Numbered from the stretch's first letter, positions 1 to 10,832 are shown. The stretch: 64,000 bases of DNA from a virus (IMGVR_UViG_3300005805_009577:64001-128000), one strand, 5' to 3'. Notes: generated from the sequence alone by a model not told the origin. Numbers and translations are program-made.

Positions 1-1
1 T

Positions 2-181
2 AAATATTATGCAAAGTATGGTTATGGTCAAAAAAAGATCAAATACTTTGTTTTTATGTGCCCTGTAATTGATAGCAATGGAGACACAGGCCATTGTATT
101 TTATGGGACATGCAAGAACAGAAAATGATACAAATGGCACACACATATGAATTTAGACTCGTTACAGAAGAAGAGTTTTAA
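2..181 (+). CDS. hypothetical protein, 5'-truncated by window edge
   Basis: Open frame from base 2 (KYYAKYGYGQKK...VTEEEF) to TAA at 179-181, overlapping the next ATG. Confidence 0.5.
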   Translation, partial: KYYAKYGYGQKKIKYFVFMCPVIDSNGDTGHCILWDMQEQKMIQMAHTYEFRLVTEEEF

Positions 182-546
182 TGTACCCGAGAATAACACC
201 GATACCAACTCAACTACCAGTGAGAGAAACATACTTTATAAAGCCTTGTTCTAAAGATCCAAGATTAGATTGCTTTTTAACCCCATATAAGCTTGTAAAT
301 ACTTGTAGGTCTTATCCTGAGCAATACTTGATATACAAGGACGATAATCTTGTTGGTGCTGGAATAGTTGTAAATAATGAATTTTTAATAGAATCGACAG
401 GCGAATTAAAAAAAATACTTTATAAATCTTTTTTAAATAACGCTAAAACGAACTATGATTCATTTGTAGATGATGAACAAAGATTAACTCAATTGAAAAA
501 TGCTGTAAATTCATTAGACGATTATTATCTTTCTAAATCAGTTTGA
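181..546 (+). CDS. hypothetical protein
   Basis: 121-aa ORF coupled to the upstream stop; no recognisable motif. Confidence 0.55.
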   Translation: MYPRITPIPTQLPVRETYFIKPCSKDPRLDCFLTPYKLVNTCRSYPEQYLIYKDDNLVGAGIVVNNEFLIESTGELKKILYKSFLNNAKTNYDSFVDDEQRLTQLKNAVNSLDDYYLSKSV

Positions 547-576
547 TAAAATTTTAAAAAGCTTTATACTGCTTGT

Positions 577-2025
577 ATGAAGCTTTACAAAAAATTTAAA
601 AAACACACCGAAAAACTTTTTCACATTGAGTCCATCTCTAGTCTTTTAGGATGGGATCAAGAAATCTGCATGAGTCCCGATGCTATTGATTATCGGGCAA
701 GTCAAATCTCTAATTTGACTTCGATGCATCATGATTTGTTCTTAAGCAAAGAATTTAAAAAAACTTTAAATTATTTATACCGCAATAAAACCTTAAGTTT
801 AAAAAAAAGGAGAAATGTAGCATATTTTTATAAAAGCTATTTAGAGGCCACAAAACTTCCTAAAAAGTTTGTAGAAGAAACAAGTGAAATACAAACAAAA
901 GCATATGATGCTTGGCTTGTCGCCAAAAAAGAAAGTGATTTTTCTTTATTTAAAGTACATCTTTCTAAATTAATAGAAAATACAAAAGAACATTTATCTT
1001 TTGTTAATCAAAAAGGTTATAACTCTATACTTAAAAGTTTTGACAAAGGATTAAATACAAATTATTTAGATAAATTATTTAGTAGGGTTAAAGACAGTTT
1101 AATTCCAATAATAAAAGAAAAAGAAGAATTATCAAAAAATATAAAATCTATATCTGGGGATTTCCCCAAAGAAAAACAAAAAGAATATTGTTTAAAAATA
1201 CTTGAAAAAATAGGCTATGATTTAAGAAGAGGAAGATTGGACGAGTCTGAACACCCTTTTTCTTTGTTGGTATCGCCCTGTGATTCAAGAATAACAGTTA
1301 ATTATCAACAAGAAAATTTGGTTTCAATATGGTCTGCTTTGCATGAGGGCGGACACGGAATATATGAACAAAATCTTAATTATAAAGATTATTCTCTGCC
1401 CTCTGGTCAAGCATTAAACTACAGCATTCATGAATCCCAAAGCAGATTTTATGAAATTCTTATAGGCAAAAATATTAATTTTTGGAAAAATGAATATAAA
1501 AGTTTTTCTAAATTTTTTGGCTTAGATTTAAGTTTAGAAGAATTTGTAAAAACTTTAAACAAGGTTGAACGCACAACCGTAAGGTTAGAAGCAGATGATG
1601 TTTCTTATCACATGCATATAATTATTAGATATGAAATAGAAAAGATGATTTTTGATGAAAATGTTCCAACTTCTGATCTTCAAGAAATTTGGAACGAAAA
1701 ATATAAAGCTTATCTTGGAAAAGAACCAGAAAATGATGCAAGATCTATTTTACAAGATTGCCATTGGGCTATGGGTGGCGGATTTGGATATTTTCCGACC
1801 TACAGTCTGGGAACATTTTATGCTCATCAATTTTTTGAAAAATTAAACAAAGAACACCCTGACTTACTTTTAAATATTAATATTGAAAACTTAAGAGAAA
1901 TTAAAAAATGGCTTAATAAAAAAGTGCACAAACTTGGAGGCCATTTAACAGCGGATGAAGTCTGTAAAAAAGTTACTGGTGAAAAATTAAACCCTGATTA
2001 TTTTTTGAATTATTATGGAAAATAA
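577..2025 (+). CDS. M32 family metallocarboxypeptidase (carboxypeptidase Taq-like)
   Basis: HEGGH zinc motif, IHESQSRF, HPF, DCHW..GGFGYFPTYSLG and L.WDQE motifs typical of M32; 482 aa. Confidence 0.95.
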   Translation: MKLYKKFKKHTEKLFHIESISSLLGWDQEICMSPDAIDYRASQISNLTSMHHDLFLSKEFKKTLNYLYRNKTLSLKKRRNVAYFYKSYLEATKLPKKFVEETSEIQTKAYDAWLVAKKESDFSLFKVHLSKLIENTKEHLSFVNQKGYNSILKSFDKGLNTNYLDKLFSRVKDSLIPIIKEKEELSKNIKSISGDFPKEKQKEYCLKILEKIGYDLRRGRLDESEHPFSLLVSPCDSRITVNYQQENLVSIWSALHEGGHGIYEQNLNYKDYSLPSGQALNYSIHESQSRFYEILIGKNINFWKNEYKSFSKFFGLDLSLEEFVKTLNKVERTTVRLEADDVSYHMHIIIRYEIEKMIFDENVPTSDLQEIWNEKYKAYLGKEPENDARSILQDCHWAMGGGFGYFPTYSLGTFYAHQFFEKLNKEHPDLLLNINIENLREIKKWLNKKVHKLGGHLTADEVCKKVTGEKLNPDYFLNYYGK

Positions 2026-2383
2026 AAATTGTTTAAAAATAGTTTTTTTTGTTTCTATTTTTTTAAACTTATTTTTTTTGCTAATTATTTTATTTGCTTC
2101 AATTAAAAAAATAGAAAAAAAGGAATCAACTATGGATTTATCTCCTAAAAAACTATATAAAAAAATGATTGTTGCATATAAAAATCCATTCGGAACACAA
2201 TACGATCCTAGGTATTTATTAAAACTCGGCTCAGACCAAATTTTTAAATATAATCCAAAAAATAAACTAGCAATAGACATGCAAAATGCATGGAACAAAC
2301 CTTTTTCAAAAAAATATAACCATAGGGATTTGCTCAAATTGGGTGCAGAATACATAAAAGGAAGAATAGATGAAAAACTCTAA
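2015..2383 (+). CDS. hypothetical protein with N-terminal transmembrane segment
   Basis: Hydrophobic stretch IVFFVSIFLNLFFLLIILFA; overlaps both neighbouring genes. Confidence 0.6.
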   Translation: MENKNCLKIVFFVSIFLNLFFLLIILFASIKKIEKKESTMDLSPKKLYKKMIVAYKNPFGTQYDPRYLLKLGSDQIFKYNPKNKLAIDMQNAWNKPFSKKYNHRDLLKLGAEYIKGRIDEKL

Positions 2384-2723
2384 GACTTGGTTTATAGATT
2401 TTGATGGCACTTTAGTTTTACAAAAAAGTCATATGTCGGAAGATGATCATATTCTCCCTGGCACTGAGGACTTTTTCAACAAAATGGTTAAAGAAGATGA
2501 CCATGTAATAATAACTACCGCAAGAAAAAAAGAAGAACATGAAGAAAGAATAATCAGATTTTTAAAAAAATATAATATAAAATACAATAAAATAATTTGC
2601 GATCTTCCTTCTGGCAAGCGTGTATTAATAAATGATAAAAAACCAGATGGAACTTTGACTGCTTATTCTTATAATTTAGAAAGAGACAAAGGAATAGTTG
2701 TAGAAGAAATTGAAGGAATTTAA
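2370..2723 (+). CDS. small HAD-superfamily phosphatase
   Basis: FIDFDGTL motif I, ITTAR motif II, INDKKP motif. Confidence 0.85.
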   Translation: MKNSKTWFIDFDGTLVLQKSHMSEDDHILPGTEDFFNKMVKEDDHVIITTARKKEEHEERIIRFLKKYNIKYNKIICDLPSGKRVLINDKKPDGTLTAYSYNLERDKGIVVEEIEGI

Positions 2724-2725
2724 AA

Positions 2726-2977
2726 ATGACCTTGCCTGACGAAAGATACAGGGCAGTTGAAAGAACTAAAAGTTTTTTAATTGATTTGTTAGATCCAAAA
2801 AAAACTCCTAAAGTTCCTAAAAACATAAGACTAGCAGCTTCTAGTTTGCTGAAACATTATCCTAGTAGTTATGAAATGGAAATCGTTGCCGATACCTGCC
2901 CTAACATTTTTTCCAAAGATTCAATTTGGTATTTAAATAAGTTTAAAAAAGATGATCAAAATGAAAACGACTTTTAA
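2726..2977 (+). CDS. conserved phage hypothetical protein (MTLPDERYRAV type)
   Basis: N-terminus recalled as common in T4-like phages; LLKHYP motif. Confidence 0.65.
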   Translation: MTLPDERYRAVERTKSFLIDLLDPKKTPKVPKNIRLAASSLLKHYPSSYEMEIVADTCPNIFSKDSIWYLNKFKKDDQNENDF

Positions 2978-3450
2978 AAATAAAGCTTTGAGTCAATTTA
3001 AAGATTTGCCATCAAATTTCTTAGAATGGCTCCTCCAACCCGCAATAAATATTGGCTGGCATAAATATTCTTTGGAAGATGCTAAAAAAATTTATAAAGA
3101 AAATAGCGAAAAAGATTTAGGTTTTATTTATAGAAAATATCATCCTATGTCTGCCTCATTAGATAATAGCTGGTATGATGAATATGATGTTATTAATAGA
3201 ATAGAATTGAATATTTCTTCTATAGGCGAGCCAAATATTTTTTTTGGTTCTATTATTAATTATAAAACATTATTAGGCAACTTAATAATAGACAATAACA
3301 TTTCTCCTGTTAAAAATAGTTATAATGTTGTTGGTCCTTTGAGAAATTTTTATCAATTTGGTCAAATTTATTGCTTTAAAGAAAGTAAAATTAAAAACCC
3401 AATAGATATTTTTTAAAAATTTTTTATTTGAATTATTAAATTTTTTAGTT

Positions 3451-3696
3451 ATGATTCTAATTATGAAAACTTTCTGGAATTATCGAGTCATGAGAATCCA
3501 ACATCATGATAAAAATGATGAATATGGAGTTTTTGAGGTTTATTACAATAAAGATGGAAGTGTAGATGGTTGGACCGAAGACGCGGTTAGAATATACACA
3601 GATAACATAGAAGAGATTGAAGAAACTTTATTAAAAATGCAAGAATCTTTAAAAAAACCAATTTTAGATTATCAGACAGGTAAAGAAGTCAAATGA
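3451..3696 (+). CDS. hypothetical phage protein (WNYRV family)
   Basis: WNYRVM...YGVFEVYYNKDG resembles the partial ORF at 63873 (WEYRIS...YGIRQVHVNENG). Confidence 0.6.
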   Translation: MILIMKTFWNYRVMRIQHHDKNDEYGVFEVYYNKDGSVDGWTEDAVRIYTDNIEEIEETLLKMQESLKKPILDYQTGKEVK

Positions 3697-4133
3697 AAGT
3701 TCTTTTTTTGGACATAGATGGGGTTTTAAATACAAATAAAGATTTATATGAACATGGACCAACATATATAAATCCTTACTTGATTCATTTTTTAAAATTT
3801 ATAGTTCTTTCTACAAACGCTTCTATAGTATTGAGTTCTAGTTGGCGTTTGTTTGATGAGGCGAAAAAAATAGTAGAAGAAAATTTGTATATAAAAAAAC
3901 TTCATTTATTAGACACCACCCCTCATATGATTAAAAAGTTATCGATGTGGACACCTAGATCGGAAGAAATTGGAGTTTGGCTTACCAAGCACCCACAAGT
4001 TAAAAAATTTGCTATACTGGACGATGATTTAGATGCGGGAGAAGGCTTTTTGGAAAGTTTTTTTCAAACAGATCCTGAAGTTGGACTAACTATTGATCTG
4101 GCCGAAGAAGTTGTTAATCACTTGAACAGATAG
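3693..4133 (+). CDS. HAD domain protein, Swiss-Army-Knife RNA-repair type
   Basis: KVLFLDIDGVLN, IVLSSSWR, RSEEIGVWL, AILDD, TDPEVGLT motifs. Confidence 0.88.
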   Translation: MKVLFLDIDGVLNTNKDLYEHGPTYINPYLIHFLKFIVLSTNASIVLSSSWRLFDEAKKIVEENLYIKKLHLLDTTPHMIKKLSMWTPRSEEIGVWLTKHPQVKKFAILDDDLDAGEGFLESFFQTDPEVGLTIDLAEEVVNHLNR

Positions 4134-4141
4134 AAAGAAAC

Positions 4142-4858
4142 ATGGGCATTTTTGATTATATAAAATTTGAAGATCAGGTTTCTATACCTAAGCCAGAAAA
4201 TTTTAACTTGGATTTAAAGGACTTAGAATTTCAAACTAAGTCTTTTGATCCAAGCATGTCTTTATATATCGTTAAAAATGACGGCAGCTTATACCAAGAA
4301 GGATTTTTTAATGATAAGAAAGAAGTGCAAGTAAATTTTCATGGAAAAGTTATATTTTACGCTTATCATCAAACTGATTTGGCTGATTATATTTTAGATT
4401 ATGAAGCAAAATTTACTGACGGCTTATTAAAAGAAATAAAGCTTATTAACTATGAGGTTGTTGAACATGAATCTTTAAAGTTAAAAAGAGAGAAACTTTT
4501 AAAAGAAATAAATAAAGAAAACAATAGAATAACAAGAAAGCTTTGCTTTCTACTAAGCAAAATATTTATTATATATCCTCTTGGTTTTTTTGGAATAAAA
4601 GTCGTAACACTAAGCCCTGGATCTTTTAGAGGTAAGAACTATCTGCTGACCTTCCACAAGCCAGAAATTATTTTTGGATATAAAAAAGATTCTTTTAAAA
4701 GAAAAATTTATGGAATTTCTTTTAATAAGATAACTACTGAATTGTGTGTTGTAAAAGCAAGCGTGTCAAAAGAGTTTTCTTTTAAAATTTTAGGCTTTGG
4801 AATCGTTCTTTCTATTTTTGAAAAAATTAACTTTGAAATAACAAAAGGAGAAAATTAA
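4142..4858 (+). CDS. hypothetical phage protein
   Basis: MGIFDYI...FQTKSFD N-terminus; 238-aa ORF. Confidence 0.6.
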   Translation: MGIFDYIKFEDQVSIPKPENFNLDLKDLEFQTKSFDPSMSLYIVKNDGSLYQEGFFNDKKEVQVNFHGKVIFYAYHQTDLADYILDYEAKFTDGLLKEIKLINYEVVEHESLKLKREKLLKEINKENNRITRKLCFLLSKIFIIYPLGFFGIKVVTLSPGSFRGKNYLLTFHKPEIIFGYKKDSFKRKIYGISFNKITTELCVVKASVSKEFSFKILGFGIVLSIFEKINFEITKGEN

Positions 4859-5612
4859 TGCCTTTATTTGAACTAGATTCAATATCGATTTTTAAACATA
4901 AATACATTATAGAAGCAGATACTTTAGATAAAGCCATAAATTCTTTGGGTAAGTATAACTTAGAAGAATTAACACAAAAACATGTATCTGAAAATGTCAT
5001 AGAAAGTAAAAAAATAACAAAAAAAGAATTCAACGAGCTTATTAAAAAAGTAAATAAAAGCGACGTAATTTTATCAAATGCACATTTAGGAGAAAAAATT
5101 ATATTTAGGGCTTAGCTATAGAAGAAAAGTATAAAAGGCTAATGAATGGACTTTATCGCTATAATTACAAGCTAACATTTAAAGATAAGCTGTACACAAT
5201 GGTTGAACTTAAAAAAATACATTTAAAGCATAACTAGTATTAATATGCAAAATGAGATTTCTATTTTATTAGAAAGAATTGAAATTTTAAGCAATAAAAT
5301 TTTTTTGTTGGAAGCAAAGAATGAAGAATTAGCAGAAAAAATAAAAAGTTTGAACGAAGAAATAAAAAAAGATAAAATAGGACTTTACGAAAAATGATTA
5401 AATATGTTTGATTTTATTTTTTCTTTTACTTTTTATATTTTATTTTCTTTATTGCTTTTCTATCCTTTATTTTCTTTTTTTGCAATTAATCTAATAAGTT
5501 GTTTTAAATTATATAATTTAAGCTGCTATAATGGAAAATTTATTCTAAAATTTATAATAATTTTGAGTTTATTTCCCAGTTTTGTTATTTTAATGATAAA
5601 ATATGGTTTAAT

Positions 5613-6104
5613 TTGATCTATATATCTGGTATGTCTTATAAAGAAATAGAAATTATTAAGAATATAGAAAAAAAATCATACCCGCAATTTATGTGGCAAT
5701 ATGACGAGGCAGAAAGTCTAGATGATATATACGCCATAGTTAATAAAGATAAAAAAGAAGGCAAGCTTTTTTGTCATGTAGAGGAAAGTTGGTATCTGGT
5801 GGGGGTTGACAGAAAAGATGAAATAGCCATTTCCGATTTAGCCAGCACTAAAAATTTAGGTTTTTCAGAAATGAATCTCATGCTCAGTTTTATTAAAAAA
5901 TTAGGAAATAAAAAAGTAATAGCTGACTGTAGAGATTTGACAAGTTATAACCTTTTAAAACTTTTAGAACAAAGAGGTACAATAAAAATTATTAGCGAAA
6001 GCCCTTGGATTTGGGGCAATGAAAAAATGTATGAATTGACTTTTTCTATAAAGCCAAAAGGTTTTAGTGACTGGCTCAGATATACAGAATCAAAAAATGA
6101 ATAA
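5613..6104 (+). CDS. hypothetical protein
   Basis: 163-aa ORF; C-terminal GFSDWLRYTE resembles the leader motif found at N-termini elsewhere. Confidence 0.55.
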   Translation: MIYISGMSYKEIEIIKNIEKKSYPQFMWQYDEAESLDDIYAIVNKDKKEGKLFCHVEESWYLVGVDRKDEIAISDLASTKNLGFSEMNLMLSFIKKLGNKKVIADCRDLTSYNLLKLLEQRGTIKIISESPWIWGNEKMYELTFSIKPKGFSDWLRYTESKNE

Positions 6105-6110
6105 TAAATA
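6103..6110 (+). promoter_or_regulatory. T4-type late-promoter-like element (AATAAATA, 5 nt before ATG)
   Basis: Same element and 5-nt spacing at 8429, 43591, 60401 and 63521. Confidence 0.5.
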
Positions 6111-6115
6111 CTTTT

Positions 6116-7636
6116 ATGTCTATTAACTTCTATCAATTTCATAAACTTTTGAGTGAGTATGGCCAAAATCTAGTTCAAGACTTAATACAAAAGTTTCAAA
6201 AAGAAGATGCCGCCCTCACACCAGAAATAATAAAAATTTATATCGACAAATTTGAAAAAATAAAAAATACTCTTGCCGAAAAAGATATAAACAAATATTC
6301 TTGGAAAGAGCTAGAATCAACAATCGATAGCAGACAACCTAAGCAAAGAATAAAAGCAGGTAAATTAGATCCAACAGTAATAGACGCAAATCTTTTATAC
6401 AATAAAGATGGAATAAGAATCTATATTGGCAAAGATAAAAAAAGCTGTATTAGATATAGCAATGGATACAACTTTTGTATTGGTGCTAGAGGCGAAGATA
6501 GTATGTATAATTATTATAGAATAGGCAAAAAAGGATTGCCTTATTTTATATTTAATGATAATTTGCCACCCAGAGATGATAGACACTTATTAGTATTGTT
6601 TGTTTATGACAACTACGCTTTGCCCATTCCAACAAAATATAGATACTCCCTAACAAGAGCTAATAATGAAGGTGAAGATAACTATGAAAAGTTAATAGAG
6701 ATAATAAGAGACTATCCTTGGGTTTCCCCTATAGGACAATTTGTTGATGATAACAAAAAAGGAACCCTAGAGCCTGATCCTTTTGAGATCATAGAATATA
6801 CTTTTTACAACGCTTTGACTAATAAAAAAAGATTGCTAGAGAGTTCTTATTCTGGTCTAGGAAAGCCCTGGTCAACAATTAAATTTGGCGTACCTTACGA
6901 TGGTAAGTTAGAACATTTTGAAAAACGAGGACTTAGAAATCTTTTTATATCACTTAAAGAATTAATTTTTAATAAAGATCCATTGACTATCAATAATTTT
7001 ATAGAACAAAAAGATAATCAGAAAATTGCTTTTATAAGAATATATGAATCTAATAAAGATAATTCAATCTTTTCCTGGCCCAGAATGTTTTGTGTTTTTT
7101 GTAAAAATTCTGATGAGCTTTTGAAAGAAATTAGAAGAATAGCAAAGAATATAATAAAAGAGCCAAGCATTCATGGTGGTGAGTGGCCTAACGTTATTTC
7201 TAATTTGCAACCCAGCAAAAAAAATATAGAATCTTTGCTTGAGCCAATAGAAAAAAGCAAAAATAAGATATATGAATTATTAAGTAAAAATAAAGAATTA
7301 AGAGACAACATACCTGTTTTTATAAGTTATCAAGACAATAAGCCAGATTTTAGAGATGCAATAATGATGCCTTATTTTTTAGTTCAAATAAATGATATTA
7401 GAGAAATAGCATTGGACGTTATAGGACACAATAAAGAAATAGTAGAAGACTTGAATAATATTAAAACTAAATATAATAAGTATTTAGAATTAATAAAAAG
7501 CTTAAATAAAGAGCAGCAAAGCTTATTATTAGAAAAAATAGAAAGAATTGGAAAAGAAAACAAAGTAACTATTAATCAATTAAATTTCCCAATAACTATT
7601 ATTTTTGAGGCAGTAGAAGAATTTTTTAATTTATAA
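6116..7636 (+). CDS. large hypothetical protein, candidate virion-internal protein
   Basis: Leader MSINFYQFHKLLSE; CIRYSNGYNFCIG segment resembles CKYGKxTDWCTA of 38101 and 60414. Confidence 0.65.
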   Translation: MSINFYQFHKLLSEYGQNLVQDLIQKFQKEDAALTPEIIKIYIDKFEKIKNTLAEKDINKYSWKELESTIDSRQPKQRIKAGKLDPTVIDANLLYNKDGIRIYIGKDKKSCIRYSNGYNFCIGARGEDSMYNYYRIGKKGLPYFIFNDNLPPRDDRHLLVLFVYDNYALPIPTKYRYSLTRANNEGEDNYEKLIEIIRDYPWVSPIGQFVDDNKKGTLEPDPFEIIEYTFYNALTNKKRLLESSYSGLGKPWSTIKFGVPYDGKLEHFEKRGLRNLFISLKELIFNKDPLTINNFIEQKDNQKIAFIRIYESNKDNSIFSWPRMFCVFCKNSDELLKEIRRIAKNIIKEPSIHGGEWPNVISNLQPSKKNIESLLEPIEKSKNKIYELLSKNKELRDNIPVFISYQDNKPDFRDAIMMPYFLVQINDIREIALDVIGHNKEIVEDLNNIKTKYNKYLELIKSLNKEQQSLLLEKIERIGKENKVTINQLNFPITIIFEAVEEFFNL

Positions 7637-8396
7637 TAGGCCTAAATAATTTTGTTCTTTTATTATTTTGCCTTTCTACATATCTCGAATAATCGTAGGC
7701 CCAGTGTGGTTTTAATTTATATCTTCCAAATATCTTATTATCATTTTTTACATAATCTTCGGCCTTTTTTGATAAATTAGTTTTCAATGATATTGCATGA
7801 TAACTATTATTGTTTAATCTATAAATATAAAACATATTATCTAAGTTTATTTTTTCGCTATTATATTTTTCTTGTTTAAAAAATTTGTTAATTGTTAATT
7901 GATCTAATTCCAAGTCATCTGTTTCTAAATACCCTCCTGCCTGTTTAAAAGCAGATTTGTATATTGCCAAATTTGAGTGAAAAAGAGGAAATATTCCCCA
8001 ATACTTTAACGCACTAATTATTTTTGTTTTTTCCACCTCCACATAGCCCATTCTTGTATGAAATATATTTTTTTTATTTTCAAACATTTTGTTTATTGTA
8101 TAGCTAATCCTATGCGGCAGATATATATCATCATCCTCCCAGGCAAATAATATTTCCCCAGAACACAAATCAATCGTATTATTAAATTTTTCTCCTAAAA
8201 GATGAATTTTCTTTTTTAGATTAAAAACCTTTACTTCTGGGTGGTCAATATATAATTCGTGGTAAGGGCAATCATTTAATATTATAAGTTCTTTTTCACC
8301 CTTATAGTCTTGTCTTATAAAACTTTCTATTGCTTCCTCTAGTATTCTTGGGCGACCATAAGTTGCACAGTAAGCACTAACTTTCGGGAAATACAT
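7626..8396 (-). CDS. glycosyltransferase family 2 (GT-A)
   Basis: CATYGRPRILEEAIESFIRQDY, ELIILND, WEDDDIYLPHRI motifs. Confidence 0.9.
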   Translation of the reverse strand: MYFPKVSAYCATYGRPRILEEAIESFIRQDYKGEKELIILNDCPYHELYIDHPEVKVFNLKKKIHLLGEKFNNTIDLCSGEILFAWEDDDIYLPHRISYTINKMFENKKNIFHTRMGYVEVEKTKIISALKYWGIFPLFHSNLAIYKSAFKQAGGYLETDDLELDQLTINKFFKQEKYNSEKINLDNMFYIYRLNNNSYHAISLKTNLSKKAEDYVKNDNKIFGRYKLKPHWAYDYSRYVERQNNKRTKLFRPIIN

Positions 8397-8428
8397 AAAC
8401 TAATTATAGAAAAAAATACAGCTTTGTT

Positions 8429-8436
8429 TATAAATA
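8429..8436 (+). promoter_or_regulatory. T4-type late promoter consensus TATAAATA
   Basis: Exact TATAAATA 5 nt before ATG 8442. Confidence 0.6.
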
Positions 8437-8441
8437 TCTTT

Positions 8442-8708
8442 ATGAAAACATTTCAAGAATATATAAATTTAAACGAAGCAAACAATAGCAAAAAAGAGTC
8501 TAAAAAAGACAAAGATGAAACAAATAAGATTGACTGTGTTATGGATCTAGCCAAGGCCATACAAGACGTATTTAAAGATTATAGTCTAAACACAAGAAAA
8601 GAGGCTTGGAAGAGAATTAATTCTACCAAAGCTAAAGATTTGTTTCAAAAATTACTAGTAACTCCTAGCAAGTCTTTAAGTCCTTTTAAGAGCATAGCGG
8701 ATAAATAA
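8442..8708 (+). CDS. small protein with T4 internal-protein-like leader
   Basis: MKTFQEYINLNE versus T4 IPII/IPIII MKTYQEFIAE; start moved from 8424 to 8442. Confidence 0.7.
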   Translation: MKTFQEYINLNEANNSKKESKKDKDETNKIDCVMDLAKAIQDVFKDYSLNTRKEAWKRINSTKAKDLFQKLLVTPSKSLSPFKSIADK

Positions 8709-8953
8709 AATGAAAAGAAAAGCTATTTCTTTATTGATTATAACATTTGCTTTTTTTATTGGTTATTTTTTAGGTTTAGTGTTTTAAATTTAATAATAAA
8801 TAAAAACCGTGGCGGGGTACGTAAAAATTCCGGGATTATTTACTCATTAAATAATCCCGGTTAACCAAAGGAGTAAGTGATTGTCTCCGAATCACTTTGT
8901 AGACTTATCTTTTTAGTGCTACAAAATAGTAAAGTATAAAATTTATTATTTTT

Positions 8954-9310
8954 ATGAGAATAATTGAATCAAAAATGATTGAAGCCATTAAAAATAAGAA
9001 AAATTATAATGGCGGAAATACAAAAGTTATAACAAAAAAGAACAAATCTTTTGTTTATTTGTTTAATAATTTAATAGCCGAGATAACAGATAAAAAAGTA
9101 AGAATTAATAATTGTGGCTATAAAACAAAAACTACAAAAAGTAGATTGAATGCAATTTTAAACGAATTTGTCGGAGATAGACAAATTTACCAAAAGGATT
9201 TTAATTGGTATATTAGCGGAGAAATTTTAGAGGGATATTATTCTTGCGATTTCCCAAGTGGTTGGGTAGAATTTACAAATAAATTTATTTTAAACACTTT
9301 TAAAGCTTAA
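8954..9310 (+). CDS. conserved phage hypothetical protein
   Basis: MRIIESKMIEAI...TTKSRLNAIL...IYQKDFNWY. Confidence 0.65.
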   Translation: MRIIESKMIEAIKNKKNYNGGNTKVITKKNKSFVYLFNNLIAEITDKKVRINNCGYKTKTTKSRLNAILNEFVGDRQIYQKDFNWYISGEILEGYYSCDFPSGWVEFTNKFILNTFKA

Positions 9311-9311
9311 A

Positions 9312-9842
9312 ATGAACGTACTTGATAAATATAAAGAGTATGGTTGGAATGTAGATTTAATTAAGCAAGATATAGAAAAAAATACATTCCCTTATGCTGT
9401 CCTTATGGAAAATTTTAGAGGGGATTTCACTATAGGAAGTGTTTTAAGAAGCTGTAATGCTTTAGGCGGCAAGGAGATGTACTACTATGGCAGAAAAAAG
9501 TACGACAGAAGGGCTACTGTTGGTACTTATCATTATACGAGCATGATAAATATTAAAGATTTGGAAGGACTAATAAGTCTTAAAAGCAAGTATAAGTTTG
9601 TTGCTTTAGAAAACAATATTGAAAACACTATTCCTATTTATGATTATGAATGGAGTGAAAACTCTTTGATAGTCGTTGGAGAAGAGGGAACAGGTATCTC
9701 CAAGGAAGTTCTTGAAATTTGTGACGATTTCATTCATATTCCACAATACGGTAGTGTGAGAAGCATGAATGCCGCCGTTGCTGCAAGTATAGCAATGAAT
9801 GATTACGTTGGAAAATATTTAAGGAAAAAAAGTGAATACTGA
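9312..9842 (+). CDS. TrmH/SpoU family RNA 2'-O-methyltransferase
   Basis: SPOUT motifs: IGSVLRSCNALG, VVGEEGTGIS, IHIPQYGSVRSMNAAVAASIAM. Confidence 0.93.
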   Translation: MNVLDKYKEYGWNVDLIKQDIEKNTFPYAVLMENFRGDFTIGSVLRSCNALGGKEMYYYGRKKYDRRATVGTYHYTSMINIKDLEGLISLKSKYKFVALENNIENTIPIYDYEWSENSLIVVGEEGTGISKEVLEICDDFIHIPQYGSVRSMNAAVAASIAMNDYVGKYLRKKSEY

Positions 9843-10144
9843 TCTTAATTCTTTTATAAAATCACCAAAGTTAACAAATAAATCAACAGACTCCACAAGT
9901 TATTATGGAATGGACATAAGAACAACTATGGGAAATCTAATAAAAATATTAGGCCTCCCTAATGGTGAAGGTTGTGTAAAAGTTAACTATTGTTGGAACT
10001 GCGAACTTTCTACCGGAGAAGTTTTTACTATTTATGATTGGAAGTCACCTAAAAAAATAGAGATGAATGATATTGTGAGCTTTCATATAGGCGGCTTTAA
10101 TAAAAATGATACAGTTAGGGCTCGTAATGTTATTTTAAAAGAAC

Positions 10145-10687
10145 TTGGAGATAATCACTATAATGGGTAGTTATTCTGGTGAGGATTCGGTTAATATTGA
10201 GTGGACACTTCGTATATTTGAAAACTTCAATTCTCTTTTAGATAATTTTAAGAATGAAGAGAAAGAAAATTTTATAGATGTTCATATTGATAAAGAAAAT
10301 AAAATTCAAAAGTTTTATTTAAAACCTCTTGATATAGATATAAAAGAAGTTGTCACCGAAAAAGCTGCCAACTTTTTACTTGAAATTTTAGGAAGGCAAG
10401 AAAAGTATCTTTATGTAGACATGGAAATACAATACAGCGTTAATGGATACTATGACCCAGGCTGTACTTATGGACCACCTGAAAATTGTTATCCTCCTGA
10501 AAGTGACGAAGAAAGAACCGTGGAATACTCTACTTTGTGTTTAGCCAAAGATATATCGGTTGATATTCCGGATACTCATTTTAATAAAATCTATGATGCT
10601 TTTGAAAAGGAAATAACCAGCAGAGATTTTACACCAGACGACGACGGTGATTACGATTATGATTACGATGATCGAGATGATTATTAA
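10145..10687 (+). CDS. acidic hypothetical protein
   Basis: GPPENCYPPE motif; D/Y-rich tail DDDGDYDYDYDDRDDY. Confidence 0.6.
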   Translation: MEIITIMGSYSGEDSVNIEWTLRIFENFNSLLDNFKNEEKENFIDVHIDKENKIQKFYLKPLDIDIKEVVTEKAANFLLEILGRQEKYLYVDMEIQYSVNGYYDPGCTYGPPENCYPPESDEERTVEYSTLCLAKDISVDIPDTHFNKIYDAFEKEITSRDFTPDDDGDYDYDYDDRDDY

Positions 10688-10832
10688 TGAAAAACAACTG
10701 TAAATTTGAAGATTTAAATCAAACTTTATTAAAAGAAGATTTTGATAAAATGATTGCAGAAACGATATGGATGGCAGATAGGCCAAGAACTTGGTATGAG
10801 TGGTTTGTTTGGACTTTTTGGAACCAATTTAA

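Noticed and set aside
9499-9504. AGTACG inside the TrmH gene, and reverse-strand CGTACY at 6889 and 9317
   Set aside because: Coding, without the upstream T-run; expected by chance for a 6-mer
10630-10687. GAT/TAC microsatellite-like run
   Set aside because: Simply encodes the Asp/Tyr low-complexity tail of 10145..10687
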